From Eutreptiella sp. 'Long Island Sound 2002' (taxonomy: Eukaryota > Protista > Euglenida), in NCBI GenBank assembly GCA_964036045.1, contig OZ038379.1:26536001-26600000 (forward strand): 64,000 bases of DNA, in the 5' to 3' direction. The notes beneath the pieces are model-generated. The model ran no database searches and was not told the origin of the DNA. It saw only the letters and a program-made list of their open reading frames with translations. The translations under genes were made by a program, and so were the position numbers. This document shows positions 11,900 to 23,815 of the stretch, piece after piece. Every line of letters starts with the position of its first letter. The first letter of the stretch is position 1.

Positions 11900-14216
11900 T
11901 GTATGTTGTGCACCGGTCCTTTGGCCATCATCTAGCCGTGGCGGCGCCATTTTTGCGCCCACCCCACCATACCATTGACAATCAGGAGGCAGTCTGGGCA
12001 GACCAACATGTACTCCTCTGGTCTGTTGCCCTCAAGGGCTTGGAGGGATGCTCTGAGTTCCCCCCTCATGTTTGTTTATTCTTCGTTCAGCGGGATGTGG
12101 GTGGCCGTATCAGGGGCATCCCCAAAAAACACCCCATATCCTCCCACCCTCTCCACCACCAGGTGATTTTCAGATGACCCATCCTGGTAGACAACTGTCC
12201 AGCCTTGTCGCTTATATTCTTTAGTCACCCGTGCATGTTCCGCCCTGAGCCCCTCTGCCTGATCGAACTTCTTCCGTTTCTTGGGCGGGCACCACAGTCG
12301 GAGGGGGGTTCAGGAGTTTGATACCGTGAGTCTTTGCAACACTGATATTCGTGGCATGGAGGTGAGGGCCTGAATGAACAGGGTGATTTGTGCTGCAGGC
12401 AACGTGCCCTCTGGCAGGTTTTCCCATTGCTGCAGGACCTTAATCCACATTGCCACGAAAAAATCCCATGACGGGTCCAGTGCTGCGTGCTATTTTTGGC
12501 CGCACACCTGACACCCTGACCGCCGTCCACAGTGCCAGGCCCAGGGGGGTGGTAAGGGACAGCTCTGGTTGGTTCCATAAGAGAGTTTTAATGTCCGTTG
12601 ACTGGCCATCCGGCGTGGTCGCCGGTCCCATGCATTGTGTAGCAATGTGTGCCGCCACCGGGATATACCTGCATGAGCACAGCGCGTGTTCGCTGGTTTC
12701 CTGCTGGCCATCCAACGGGCATTGGGCTGCCAGTTCGCCAGTCGGGTGCCCACTGTGAGCTTTTTCCACAACGCCTTTTGCATGAAAAGTTTGTCCTCTG
12801 GGGGGATGACCAGTTTGTCCCATGCTTTCCACACCTGCATTCCTTGCCGCGGTGGCTCGGGGGTCAGGGACGACAAAAACCTCAACTTGTGCCTGGTGTT
12901 CCATTCCATCTAGAAAATGGGGCTGGCTTCCTTTGGTCTCATTCGAGGTTTTCAAACACTCCCCTCAGCCCCTCAAAGCTGGGATTGTAGCCACTGCAGC
13001 GCTCACAAGGTTCTTGGAGTTCAGTATGTACAGTCAGAGGTGCATAATTGTTGGCTCTGTGGTGGCCTGCTCTGCCTGTGGTCTAATCCGTCCTGCTGCT
13101 CCCCCTACTTGTCCCCCTGTACCCTTGCTAAACCTAAGGTCAAAACAAGAGACAGGGCCCTAGAAGGCAGGGCCCTAAACAGCATATTCCCTCATCATGC
13201 TCTCATCTTCCTGATAAACATGTATATCCACCCTGGGCGACAAGACACCCTAGGCTGCGCCCGTGGCAAGACACGTGGCTCTTTTCCACTTGGATTGCCT
13301 GACGGAGGGGAGTGTCAGCAACAACGTGTAGAAAAAGTGTGTCGCATCCCCTGAAATGGGGTCACATGCATGGAATAATGTCTGCTGAAAGTGCCTCAGC
13401 ACTTCTGGCATCCCTGCAAACCAGATGTGTTAATAATCCCCATAGCCACATTTTAGTATATCTGACAAAATCTGCCCTGGGCGTCAGGACACCCTGGGCT
13501 GCGCCCGTGACAAGACGCGTGCTTCCTTTGGGGGCGGTGTGGCTGGCCGCTCTGCCGGCTGTGTCATTGCCAGCAACCCCAAAGAGTATATGTGCGTCCC
13601 CCGTCCATGTGCGCGGCAGGCAATCTTTCTGTGATATGGCCTGCGGCAGTTGACTGATGCTGTTGAGCCCCCCCCCCCCCCCCTGATAAGGGAGGGGTTG
13701 TAGTCCGTGTTTTTATGCGTATCTCTAAAGAGCGATGAGTGCCACGCCGGCATTTGGGGGAGGACTCATGCGGCGGCACCGGCACCACCGCTGGTCGCTT
13801 CATGAGGGAGAACGCTTTGCGTGACTAAAAAGTGATACGTTTTCCATGGGATCAGGCCGAGTTGCAGCCAGGGCAGGGGCGTGGGATTGTGTTTACTCCG
13901 TGCGATGCTGACCACGCCCTCATGTGTGCTCGGGACAAGCTGGGCACCGCGTTTGGTTCGTGTAAAAACTTCACAAATGCCGTTGTGTGCTGCCACATGA
14001 GGAAGGTGCGGGGCTGGGGTAGGTTGTTCCCTCCCTGCGCCGGCGTGTGGGCCAGGATGGGGAGGGTCAGGCCCCAGCTGTTGAGGCGTAGTGCCACCTT
14101 ATACACATTGGCCAATTTCGCCACTACACTGTCGGTGGGAAAATATGCCCGTGCCGGGAAAATAAGCAAAGGCAGTACCCACTCCTGAAATAGGGCTATG
14201 CGTTCGTCGTGTGTAA
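11900..14216 (-). mobile_element. 3' part of a LINE ORF2 (post-RT thumb, zf-RVT-like region, C-terminal RNase H), split from its 5' part by an insertion
   Basis: LTHDERIALFQEWVLPLLIFPARAYFP...GGNNLP (13.9-14.2 kb), WDKLVIPPEDKLFMQKALWKKLTVGTRL and CPLDGQQETSEHALCSC (12.65-12.85 kb), RNase H at 11.9-12.2 kb. Reading frame joins 16171+ after removing 14217-16170 and one TAA. Confidence 0.85.
11905..12195 (-). pseudogene. RNase H1-type domain at the LINE C-terminus (two in-frame stops)
   Basis: VVYQDGSS...GGYGVFFG...EE*TNMRGELRASLQAL...LVCPDCLLIVNGMVGWAQKWRRHG*MMAKGPVHN matches the RNase H1 pattern VYTDGS..GxGVxFG..QTNNRAEL..TDS..W..WKKxGW..G.PV.N. Confidence 0.85.
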
Positions 14217-15169
14217 GGGAGAGTCTTTGCACTGCACGCGCACTGCGCGCTACTTTTAGACTATGTTCTCCCCGAAGAGCCCCCAAGCACACCCCTTGGA
14301 AATGCCCTTAGAATTAAGTGACCCAAACTGCCCCAGCTCAAGAAAGTTGCAATTGATTTTATAATGAAAACTGGCATCAGTCTGGCCTCAAGGATAGTCC
14401 CAAGCACTTCATGTGCACACTTTGACATGCAATGGAGTTGGTTAGGAATCCGGGGCAAGTAGGTTGGGCCAGACACAGGATATGGCTTGGCCAGCATGGC
14501 CAAGCAACTGAATTCAGAATCAGTTAAAAGGTAGGCCCACAAAAAGTAGGTAAAACAATTGAGTATAGGGGTCCTGAGGTGGGAGACCACTAGGCTTAAC
14601 CTACAAGGCCCAAGGCCCACCCCTGCATTCTCGGGGGTCCCCAACAAAGGGAACAAAATCAGAAGTCAAAGTCTACGCTAGGGGTCACCATGATGCCCCT
14701 AGGGGGCCCTAGTATCTCAAAGTATGGGTCTCTAGTACGGCCAGACGCCCAAATAGTTGCACTGCGCGCGCACTGCGCCCCCAGAAGTGGCTCCCCCATC
14801 CCTACTACGTAACCCCTGCGTTCTCGGGGGTCCCCATCAAAGGGGACAAAATTGAAAGTGGCTACCTCCCCCCTGCCTTCTCGGGGGCCCACCAGTGGGC
14901 GGAAGTGCGACGTAACCCATGTGTTCTCAGGGGTCCCCATCAAAGGGGACAAAATCAGAAGTGGCTACATCAACCCTGCCTTCTCACGGGCCTATGAGTG
15001 GGCGGAGGTGCTATGTAACCCCGGCGTTCTCGGGGGTCCCCATAAAAGGGCACAAAATCAGAAAAGGCTACCTCACCCCTGCCTTCTCGGGGGGCCACAT
15101 GAGGGCGGAAGTGCTGTGTAGCCCCTGCGTTCTCGGGGTCCCCATCAAAGGGGACAAGAATGGCCAGAG

Positions 15170-15430
15170 TCGGGCCAATGGTAAAATGCCGTGCTGGGGG
15201 GGGACTCAAGAGGGCCAGAAAGCTCGGTCACGCCCTCCACATCATCACCGGGCACTTGAACGACCCGCACAGCACGATCAGCATTAACAATGCTGAGCAC
15301 ATAGTCCACAAAACCGGCACCCATTGGGACGAGGGGCACATCGGAAAAAGTACTCCGGTGCTCCACCACCAGCTTCACGATGTTCAAGCTTTGAAAACCA
15401 CAACACCGACCGTCCGTTTGGAATCCCAAA
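15170..15430 (-). pseudogene. Ulp1/C48-like protease C-terminal fragment carried inside the Harbinger composite
   Basis: LGFQTDGRCCGFQSLNIVKLVVEHRSTFSDVPLVPMG is near-identical to the Ulp1-like region at 21.5-21.75 kb (QTDSWSCGFQSLNIAKLVVEH). Confidence 0.65.
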
Positions 15431-15789
15431 GCGCGGTGCTTTCTGCTTCAATGAGTGTGCGCTCTAATGTTCAACAGTCAATGGTTTCTATCTCTGGGCG
15501 GGAAGAAAATTGCTCTGCGGGGGGGGGGGGGTGACACGGAAGCCCATTTTCCCAACCACCCCCCTCCTTGGCCGCCGTGACGGGGGGGGGGGTTCAGGGC
15601 GGGGGTGCCCGACCTGCCGTGCCGGGGGGGGGGGTCAAACCAACAGCTATGGGGGAATCTTTGCACTGCACGCGCACTGCGCGCTACTTTTACACTATGT
15701 TCCCCCCGAAGAGCCCCCAAGCACACCCCTTGGAAACGCCCTTAGAATTAGGTGACCCAAACTGCCCCAGGTCAAGAAAGTTGCAAACT

Positions 15790-15990
15790 GGGGTACACAG
15801 TACCACTCTCGCTCCTTTAAGGGCGATCTTGGTCAACACCTTAGCAAGTTGGGAGAATGGGGAGTTAGCATAGCAGAACCCCATCGATCTCCAGTAGAAG
15901 CGATAGGCGTTATTGAGGTATCGCGAACAGTAGAGCTGCATCATATGCTGCTCCTTACTTGCGAACAACTCCACCTGAACTTCATTCAGG
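15790..15990 (-). pseudogene. Dam-type (NPPF) N6-adenine DNA methyltransferase fragment of the kind carried by DIRS-like retroelements
   Basis: EVQVELFASKEQH...LYCSRYLNNAYRFYW...CYANSPFSQLAKVLTKIALKGARVVLCTP fits the retroelement MTase pattern DLFAS..YCS..DAF..W..YAxPPFxLIxxVLxKI..LxxP. NPPF is degraded to NSPF. Confidence 0.7.
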
Positions 15991-16170
15991 TCTACCACCC
16001 CTGCATTCTCGGGGGTCCCCAACAAAGGGGGACAAAATAAGAAGTCAAAACGTTCGCTAGGGGTCACCATGATGCCCCTAGGGCCCCTTAGTATCTCAAA
16101 GAGTGGGTCTCTAGAACGGCCAGACGCCCAAATAGTTGCACTGCGCGCGCACTGCGCTTAAGGCTCCCCC

Positions 16171-17480
16171 TAAGCGGGAGGGTGCACATGTAGTGTGCCC
16201 GGTGCAGCGCGCGCGCAATGAGCGGTGCATATGCCTCTTCGCTGGACACGTGTCCCACCAGCACTCCCAGGTACTTCACCTTTTGTTTGACTTGTATGCC
16301 AAACGTCCGCAACGCGTCCAGGTGTCGCTGCTCCCACATACCTTTGACCAAGAACGCCGATATGCCTAGATTCAGCCTCAGGCCCACAAACACCCCGTAT
16401 ATCCTCATGTGCTCGAAGATTTGCGGGAGTAGGGCGCACACCGCGCTGGGGGGCAGGGGGTTACAGAGAAATAAGTCATCCGCATAGAAAAGCACGTGTA
16501 TACTAGGCGATATTTCTAATGATGGGCACCAGCACAGAACAGGCCATTACAAATATCGCAGGGGAGAGCGGGTCCCCCTGCTTGATGCCCGATGCTGGTG
16601 TCACTGAAACCTCCTTCACCACCCCCCTCCCTACCGCAAAGACAAATGGGGCCTTGAAGATGAACATGAGCAATGCGATGAGTGGGATCGGTAGGGCGAG
16701 GTGTAGGAAGAACACTGCCATGTAATTGTGGTGGATTGAGTCGTATGCTTTTGCAAAATCTATACTGATGACCAACCCCTGGCGCATTGCCTCCCACGCT
16801 CCCCTCACGTTCCATATATGATCGAAGATAAACCTGCCCTTGATGAACGCCTTTTGTTCCAGAGGGGTCACAAATGCCACTAAGTCCTCCATCATGAGGT
16901 ACACTGTGGCTGTTACCCATTTGAACAGCACATTTTGCAGGCAGAGCGCGCGCAATGCGTTGATGGACCCTGACCCGTGATCCTTTGGGATTGGTGCTAG
17001 TAGGCCCTCTGCCCATGCCACCGGCATCGTGCCTGTTTGGACGAAGCTGGCGATGGCATCCGTCATGCGGGGTACCATGGTTTCGCTCAGCGCCTTGTAA
17101 ACTTCCGCCGGTATCCAATCCAGCCCAGGGGAGGATCCCGGCTTCATATTTTCAAGTGCAGTCAGAACTAGTTCCTGCGACAGTGGCTTGAGCAACATTG
17201 GGGCTGCCTGTTTGATGTTTGCAGATAACGGGAGCGACTGGATGTATTCAAGGCATTCCGGTACCGTCTTGGACCCTGCTGCCATTATTCCTGCCCAGTT
17301 TTTTTGTAGTGCTAGGGCCACTTTTACAGGATCGGTCAGCAGGCCCCCCTGTTTATCGCGGGGTGAGGAAAGGCGCCGTCTGCACTGCATTTCTTGGACC
17401 AATCTTGCAATCTGTTGTGTCGTGGCCTGTTTACTGGCCTGTTTACTGTGCTGGGAGTCAGGGGGAGTCAGGGGACTGGT
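16171..17480 (-). mobile_element. 5' part of the same LINE: reverse transcriptase domains, one frameshift near 16500
   Basis: MKPGSSPGLDWIPAEVYK, ALCLQNVLFKWV, EQKAFIKGRFIFDHI, LVISIDFAKAYDSIHH, GIKQGDPLSPAIF, FYADDL, KVKYLGVLVG. Confidence 0.95.
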
Positions 17481-18122
17481 TGGGGGGGGGGGGGGTGCAG
17501 ACACCTTGTGCCACTGGCAGCGCTCAAGGTACCCAGAATCAGACAAGCTCGTGTGAAAATCAGACACTATCTAGTGGCCGTTTACATTCACAACGACTAA
17601 AGATTCGCCCAGCAGCATCTTCGTGCAAGCGGGGACCTTGGCATTTTGCTTTTGGGGGCAGAGGTTGATAAATCGCCCATCTTAGAACATTGGACGGGAA
17701 TGCAGGCTTTGCATTCCCCTTGTGTCCCTCTTTTGCTTGATTGCCTCCTCGAGTCAACCGAAGCACCCCAATTTCCCATGTTTGCATTGACGAAGGGCTT
17801 GGCTCTCAGCGATTATTCTGAAGAGCAACGAAGGATGGGTTCAAGTGATTGGCTGCAGTCACTGTGCTTCGGCACTTCTTTTCTCGATTTCTCGGCTGAC
17901 GGTGAGGCACACTGGGAAACAGTGGGAGTAGCGATGGACATAGGGGATACAACCAGTGCAGTCGGGGTACGGAATCAAGTGCACAATTTGTGAAAGAAAG
18001 AGGCCCCACAAAGAAAATGTAGCAATAAAATAGGAGGCAAAGTGATTTTTGGGGAGTAAACCGTATGTAGAAAATGTTTTTGTGTATGTATGCGGCACAA
18101 TTCTGCTTGTATTCTGGGATAG

Positions 18123-18779
18123 TTACCCAAAGTGCGCGTCACAGGGCGCGCCGCAGGCACCACAAGGGAAGCGTCCCCTCTGGCGGTTCGCCAGCCCTGA
18201 TTGCACCACAACATCCAGGATTTGAGAAGCGCATGGAGCAGCCGTGGGTCCGGCGTTCTTCACCAGCATTGCCCATGCGTCAACTGTTTCTTTGCTGCTC
18301 TTGTTAACAATCTGTATCAGTAGTATCCAGATCCCTTGGGTCACAAGTGATTCTGATCCCGGCTGTAGCACCAAACCTGACTCCGTAGAGACTGTACGGC
18401 CCGTGTCTGCCTGATGATGACTGCCCCACCCTGCGATCGGAGCAGCATCTACACGCAGGGCATTGACTGCTCAATATCATTCCACATGAGCTTCGCCGGT
18501 GATAATCTTTGCAATCAGGACCAAGACACCCTAAGAATCCTGGATCAAAGCGTCCGGTACCATATCCCACGCGACATTTAGAAGACGAGTGCGCTGAAAG
18601 GGGGGGAGGGGAATTGCAGCGCCACCATGGGTCTGGGGTGGTCCAGATATTTGTACAAATGGCACGTCTCCTTGATGCAGAGATATGAGCTCCACAATTT
18701 GAAGCACAAGATGGCGGTATGGTCACGGCAAGGGGATGACAACCCATTTGATTCGGGACTTGGTGTTGATTTTGATCAA
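18123..18779 (-). pseudogene. Possible last exon of the capping-enzyme/ligase gene; decayed frame, no domain recognised
   Basis: Acceptor ttgttacAG at 18781-18780. One frame reads LIKINTKSRIKWVVIPLP*PYRHLVLQIVELISLHQGDVPF... to a stop at 18123, with several internal stops. It could join donor GTGAGT at 19155. Confidence 0.3.
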
Positions 18780-18994
18780 CTGTAACAAACAGCAATCTCA
18801 GACTTGACTATGCCCGGGACTTTGTCTGCACAAGGAAAAGCCTTTGATGACCACCGCTGTTGTTTTTTTGTCATGAAAATTGGTGTTCATCATGAAGAAT
18901 TATAGATTTATGCAAAAGAAGTCCGATCGTGGGGTGACCTGCCTGGCAAATTGGTACAGAGCTCTATCAGACTGCAAGCACATCAAGGCAAAGG

Positions 18995-19085
18995 CAGACA
19001 GACAGACAGAGACAGAGAGAGCGAGAGAGAGAGAGAGGGGGAGGGGGGGGGGAGAGAGCGACAGAGAGAGAGAAAGAGAGAGATG
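18995..19085. repeat. (GA)n/(GACA)n microsatellite
   Basis: cagacagacagacagagacagagagagcgagagagagagagaggggg...gagagagagaaagagagagatgg. Confidence 0.9.
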
Positions 19086-19155
19086 GAGCGGCTTGTGTAG
19101 AATTATATGAACCATACGAGCTGTGAAGAAAAGCAATAGGCCGGTGTGAACTCAC

Positions 19156-20204
19156 TTGTACTTGGGGATGAACGGCTGCGGGCGATATATATCACATGGT
19201 GACATCGGAAGTGGATAACAGCAAAGCAGATAAGCGGAATCATATCGCTTAGCGTTCGAGGAGCTCTCGGAACGCATCCGCTCTTGAGGTGCAATACAAC
19301 GTCTAGCCCACAAAATAAACATGGCAAAATGGCACACAGCATTTTCTTCACGACTATGGGGGACAATGGGGCACGATAAGCAGCTGCTACGCCATTAGGA
19401 ATGCCCGAAAACGTTATTGAAATCAACCCTGACATCTTTCTGTGATGATGCACATATTGACACAGCCCGTCAGTTAGAGAAATAACCATCATCACCGTCA
19501 GCATCAGGCAGACCCAAATTGGGCAACCGCCAAACGTCATCCCAACGGTGGTAATCATGATGATATCGCCACCACATATTCTCCACCCAAAACTTCTCAA
19601 ACCGGGATCTCGCATGCTTTAGTCCCCCCTTGAACTCTGCAAACTCCAGCTCAGATTCAAACACAAAATGCTCCCAGGTGAACTCACTCCACGCTTCAGC
19701 AACCAAGCGCATTTTGGCCTTCGCCTTCAGAGGAAGGTACGACAAAATGAGCAGCACGACGTCACCGGGGACATCCCGTAACAGGTGTGCACTAACAGGA
19801 ACTTGCCATCCTTTGGCAATTGTGTTTCTTTTGAACGCAGGAGGGTTGTATCCAGGAATGGCGGCTGATGTGGGCCGTGATGGTAGGCTGCCAGCTTCTG
19901 CTCCTCAGCAGGTGTGAGCAAAACGGGACAACCACGCAGGGTTTTGAGGGTCGCCCCTCCGGTGCACGACAACCCCTGCCCTCAAGTTGTTCACTTCGTT
20001 CTCCATGGCAGCCATCATCAACTTCCACTCTTTCGCATGGGCCGACGGCAACTGCTTGATGCTATGCGCCGGATGACCCATGACACTGTTGCGGCACGGA
20101 GACCGGAAACCCATGACGTATCCCAAATGCCGCCACACCTGCAGCGGGGACAGCTGACGGACCGCCAGCAGTATCAGCGCGTCAAAGGGGTACGTCATGA
20201 CTAC
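19156..20204 (-). pseudogene. Exon encoding the C-terminal part of the Rnl1-type ligase followed by an F-box (in-frame stops at 19905-7 and 19470-2)
   Basis: Acceptor tcAG|GTA at 20205/20204. VVMTYPFDALILLAV continues YADNK of the previous exon (Rnl1 pattern YPENRIVVxY..LVLL). Same frame gives LLRDVPGDVVLLILSYLPLKAKAKMRLVAEAWSE (F-box, 19784-19680). Candidate donor GTGAGT at 19155. Confidence 0.7.
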
Positions 20205-20278
20205 CTGATTGACACGGTGGGCAACAGCATATTGCAAAGCCCCGCCTGATCAGACCATTGCAAACGAATACGGCCTTC

Positions 20279-20310
<32 letters not shown>
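20279..20310. repeat. (GT)n microsatellite just upstream of the 20204 acceptor
   Basis: gtgtgtgtgtgtgtgtgtgtgtgtgtgtgtg. Confidence 0.95.
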
Positions 20311-20312
<2 letters not shown>

Positions 20313-20519
20313 ACACTTGTGGACACTTGCGCACACTTGCTGACATGCCCATGGGTACCCTGCGAATATGATGGGCTGCATATTCTGCATGCTTCCAGAC
20401 GACAGCATGTCCTGAGGTGGGGCAGGCCACAGAGGTTGCATGCACATGTCATGGGTCATCCTGTGGTGGGCGATACATGCGGTACGGACGAGGAAGGCGA
20501 GGGCAGTGCACCTGATTGG

Positions 20520-20720
20520 TGAAAAATGTAAGTCGTGTACAAAAAAATCGTCCAGTCGTGTAATTTTTTTGAGGTAAATGCGTGTGATTTTTTCTTGCGG
20601 TAAGTCGTGTAAATTAAAAAAAAACTTGAATTTTTTTTTACGGTAAGTGCGTGTAATTCTTTTTCAGTAAGTGCGTGTAAATCATTAAAAAAATTGAAAA
20701 ATTGAAAGAAATGCAACTTT
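20520..20720. repeat. GTAAGTCGTGTAA/T-tract repeat element, short copy
   Basis: Repeated gtaagt(c/g)gtgtaa flanked by T and A runs; same family as 23430-23790. Confidence 0.7.
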
Positions 20721-21149
20721 TGCAATACATGCGGAATATGTACAGCTGCTGGTTCCGTACGGCACCCCATAGCGACCTTAACGATGAGACACCGAGTCCA
20801 CAAAGCACATAGTTCTCTGCGCGGCCACCAATCAGTTGGGACTTGGCCAATATAACATAGTTTCACATAGTGTCATTGGCACTAGACACAAAATCAGGCC
20901 CAAGAAAGAGTCTCGACAGGGCCATGGCCAACATCCAGTGTGCAAGCACTGGGAACAAAATCAAGCTCAAGAAAAAGAGTCGTGACAGGGCCATGGCCAA
21001 CGCTAGTGCCACCATTATAGGCCACCAAGGCACTCGTATGGGGCCAATATAACAGCAATCTTATACGCTTGGTACACCAAACGGGCGGAGGAAAATACAG
21101 CCCACAAAACATGCACCCGCTACAAGTAGTTGCAGAATGCATGCTTGTA

Positions 21150-23100
21150 GATCAAGTCCGTTTTTGTGTCGCTGGACTTGGGCTTTGCACCAGGATTGGG
21201 GTTAAGCTGACAAGCGGCGTGCAACTCCACTACTAGCTGCTTGGCCAGGTCATTGATGAAAAGCTGGTCACGCGCTCCATCTAGCCAGATGCATCTCCTG
21301 GGTAGCCATCCGGTACCTTGCGCCACTCTCCACGGATGAGGACCTTGGGACGGGTGTCCTCCTCTGTGGGAGTGGCCATGGAAGGTTGCAGCCTGGCCTC
21401 CGGGCTTTCCACGCTCTACTCGGTAGAGGCCTCCTTGCCTTCGAGTGGGGTGGGGGTGGCCTAAACACTCTCCTTGATCGCCGAAAGTGCACCTTCAACT
21501 TGGGTGCTTGGGGGGGGCTCAGGAGGGCAAGGAAGCTCGGTCACACCCTCCACATCATCACCGACCCATACTGCACGATCAACATTAACAATGCTGAGCA
21601 CATAGTGCACAAAAACGGCACCCATTGGGACGAGGGGCACATTGGAAAGGGAACCTCAATGCTCCACCACCAGCTTCGCGATGTTCAAGCTTTGAAAACC
21701 ACAAGACCAACTGTCCGTTTGGAATCCCAAGGCGCGGTGCTTGGTGGTTAGCGAAAGCTTCTTCATGGCCATCAAGAAAGGATGGATCAAATGAGTGGAG
21801 CTTAGGGGTTCCCAAACCCAAATAGTGAAAAGCTCCAACCAGACACGACAATCGAAGGCACACGCAAACCACTGCAACCCTTCCATGTCATTGGAATTAA
21901 GCACAAAAATGTGGGGACGGTTCATTGATTTCCATGTGGCGGACCTCTTGGTTCAACCAACACAAGATATCCTTGCCCGTCAACCAATCTCCCACCCCCA
22001 AGGGGTTGTTTCGCTCAGGATGGTGCTTCATGTACACCTTTGGGAAGTGGGAGGGTCGACAGGGGGTGCAATTGGCAAGGCCTTCTTTCCCTTCAACTTC
22101 GGGGGGGTGCTTGGCAAGGCTTTCTTTCCCTTCACCTTCCGGGGGGCACTTGGCAAGGCCTTCTTTCCCTTCACCTTCTTCTTTGGCACAGGGGCTGTAG
22201 GGGGAGGCGCAAAGAGGTCCGCCTCCGAATCAGATGACTGAACCTCTTTTTTCTTCACCTCCTTACCTGGGGGAGAGGCCAAAAGAGGATGAGAAAAGAT
22301 GTCCAACTCGTCGTCACTGGACACGGCTTCGTTAGGGAGGGTGGCGGTCAAAACCTCCTCAACGTCTACCTCCTGACACCACTTTTTAAAGAGCCACTTG
22401 TCCGTGTTAGGGTGGGCCCTTCCACGAACTGGACACTCCAAAGTGTGTGGGCAAAAGCCACACCTCTCACAATGCATGCACCACAAGTACACAGTCTTGT
22501 GACATTGGCCAGACACATATGGTGGCCAAAAGAGATTAAGGAAATGCTATATCCTCCGATGCACCTCCATGGGTGAAGCAATAGTAATAGACTTAGACTC
22601 ACCATCGCTGGGTGGGTTCAGAGCAAGCGGAGAGACATTAGCGTCACTATTGGTATCGCTACCGGCCACCACCTTCCTGCGGCTTTTTGCAAGTGCCCTT
22701 TTCTGGGGGACTGCAAGTTTTTGTGAGTGGTGGGTACGAACCTTTCTTGATGGATCCGCACGTGCAGTCACCTTGCATTCAATACGGCCCAACTTAAAGA
22801 GGCGTTGGGCGACAATCTCCCAAGAGTATTGAGAGGGTACCTTAAAATTCGGTTCTTTACGAGAAGCCATAGCAACACACCCTCACACATCGCGAACGTG
22901 CAATAGTTTGCACAAGTACAACCATCCGCTGTCACACGGTGGATGCGGAGAAAGGCTACAAATACCTCCCACGTACTTGAGGTCCCTTCCTCAATCTTAC
23001 ACAACGTGGCTTTCCATGCGGCCACGGCAGCACCATCAATGGGCCGATACTCCTTAATGGGTTGTCCGTTGAAGCCTCATTTTTTTTAGGAATCCCCTTG
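21150..23100 (-). mobile_element. Decayed Mutator-like (MULE) transposase C-terminal region: SWIM finger, low-complexity KGKKALP repeats, Ulp1-like protease
   Basis: ADGCTCANYCTFAMCEGVLLW (SWIM-like CxC..C, about 22880-22925), Cys-rich QCHKTVYLWCMHCERCGFCPH, three 30-bp KGKKALP repeats (22070-22170), then EGLQWFACAFDCR...WEPL...FQTDSWSCG (His/Asp/Gln-Cys order of C48 peptidases, His mutated to Gln). Confidence 0.65.
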
Positions 23101-23429
23101 GTCAAAAAACAGGGCATCGCCATCATTGAAAAATGCATGTGCCATATGCAACGCTTGGCTCTCCTGCCACATCCACGGCTCGGGTTGAGGGGCATGTCCA
23201 GAGGTCGGAAATGCTATGTCACCCCTGCATTCTCGGGGGTCCCCAAACAAAGGGGGACAAAATCAGAAGTGGCTGCCTCACCCCTGCCTTCTCGGGGGCC
23301 AAGAAGAGGGCGGAAGTGCTACGTCACCTCTGCATTCTTGGGGGTCCCCAACGCCAAGCGCGGGAACAAAATCAGAAGTGGCCCACATGTGGGCACATCG
23401 CCTAAAGGCATGCATTTTCAGTCAAATTG

Positions 23430-23790
23430 GTAATTGTTTCTTTGCAGTAACGTCGTGCAATTGTTTTTTTTTTGCGGTAAACGCGTGTAACAAAAAAACG
23501 TCACATCGTGTAATTTTTGTTTGCGGTAAGTCGTGTAATTTTTTTTGCGGTAAATGTGTGTAACAAAAAAAATCGTCACGTCGTGCAATTTTTTTGCGGT
23601 AAACGCGTGTACAAAAAAATCATCAAGTTGTGTAACTTTTTTTTGCAGTAAACGTGTGTGCAAAAAAATCATCAATACGTGCAATTTCTTTTTTGCGGTA
23701 ATGCGCGTGACGGGCTTACACGACTTACCGCAAAAAAAAATTACACGACTAGACGATTTTTTTGTTACAGGCATCTACGGCAAAAAAAAA
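23430..23790. repeat. Imperfect tandem/inverted array of TTTTGCGGTAAACGCGTGTA-AAAAAAA units (MITE-like)
   Basis: About 8 forward units, then an inverted unit ttacacgacttaccgcaaaaaaaa at about 23715-23740. Confidence 0.75.
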
Positions 23791-23815
23791 ATTTCAGGAA
23801 TTACAACATACACAC

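Larger units (their letters stand above)
14217..16170. mobile_element. Composite non-autonomous PIF/Harbinger-type insertion (1954 bp) with TAA target-site duplication
   Basis: TAA at 14214-14216 and 16171-16173. Ends GGGAGAGTCTT... and ...AAGGCTCCCCC are imperfect inverted repeats starting GGG. Excision restores CTC CCG CTT ACA CAC GAC (LPLTHD) in the LINE. Contains two complete end-to-end units (14217-14797 and 15651-16170). Confidence 0.85.
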
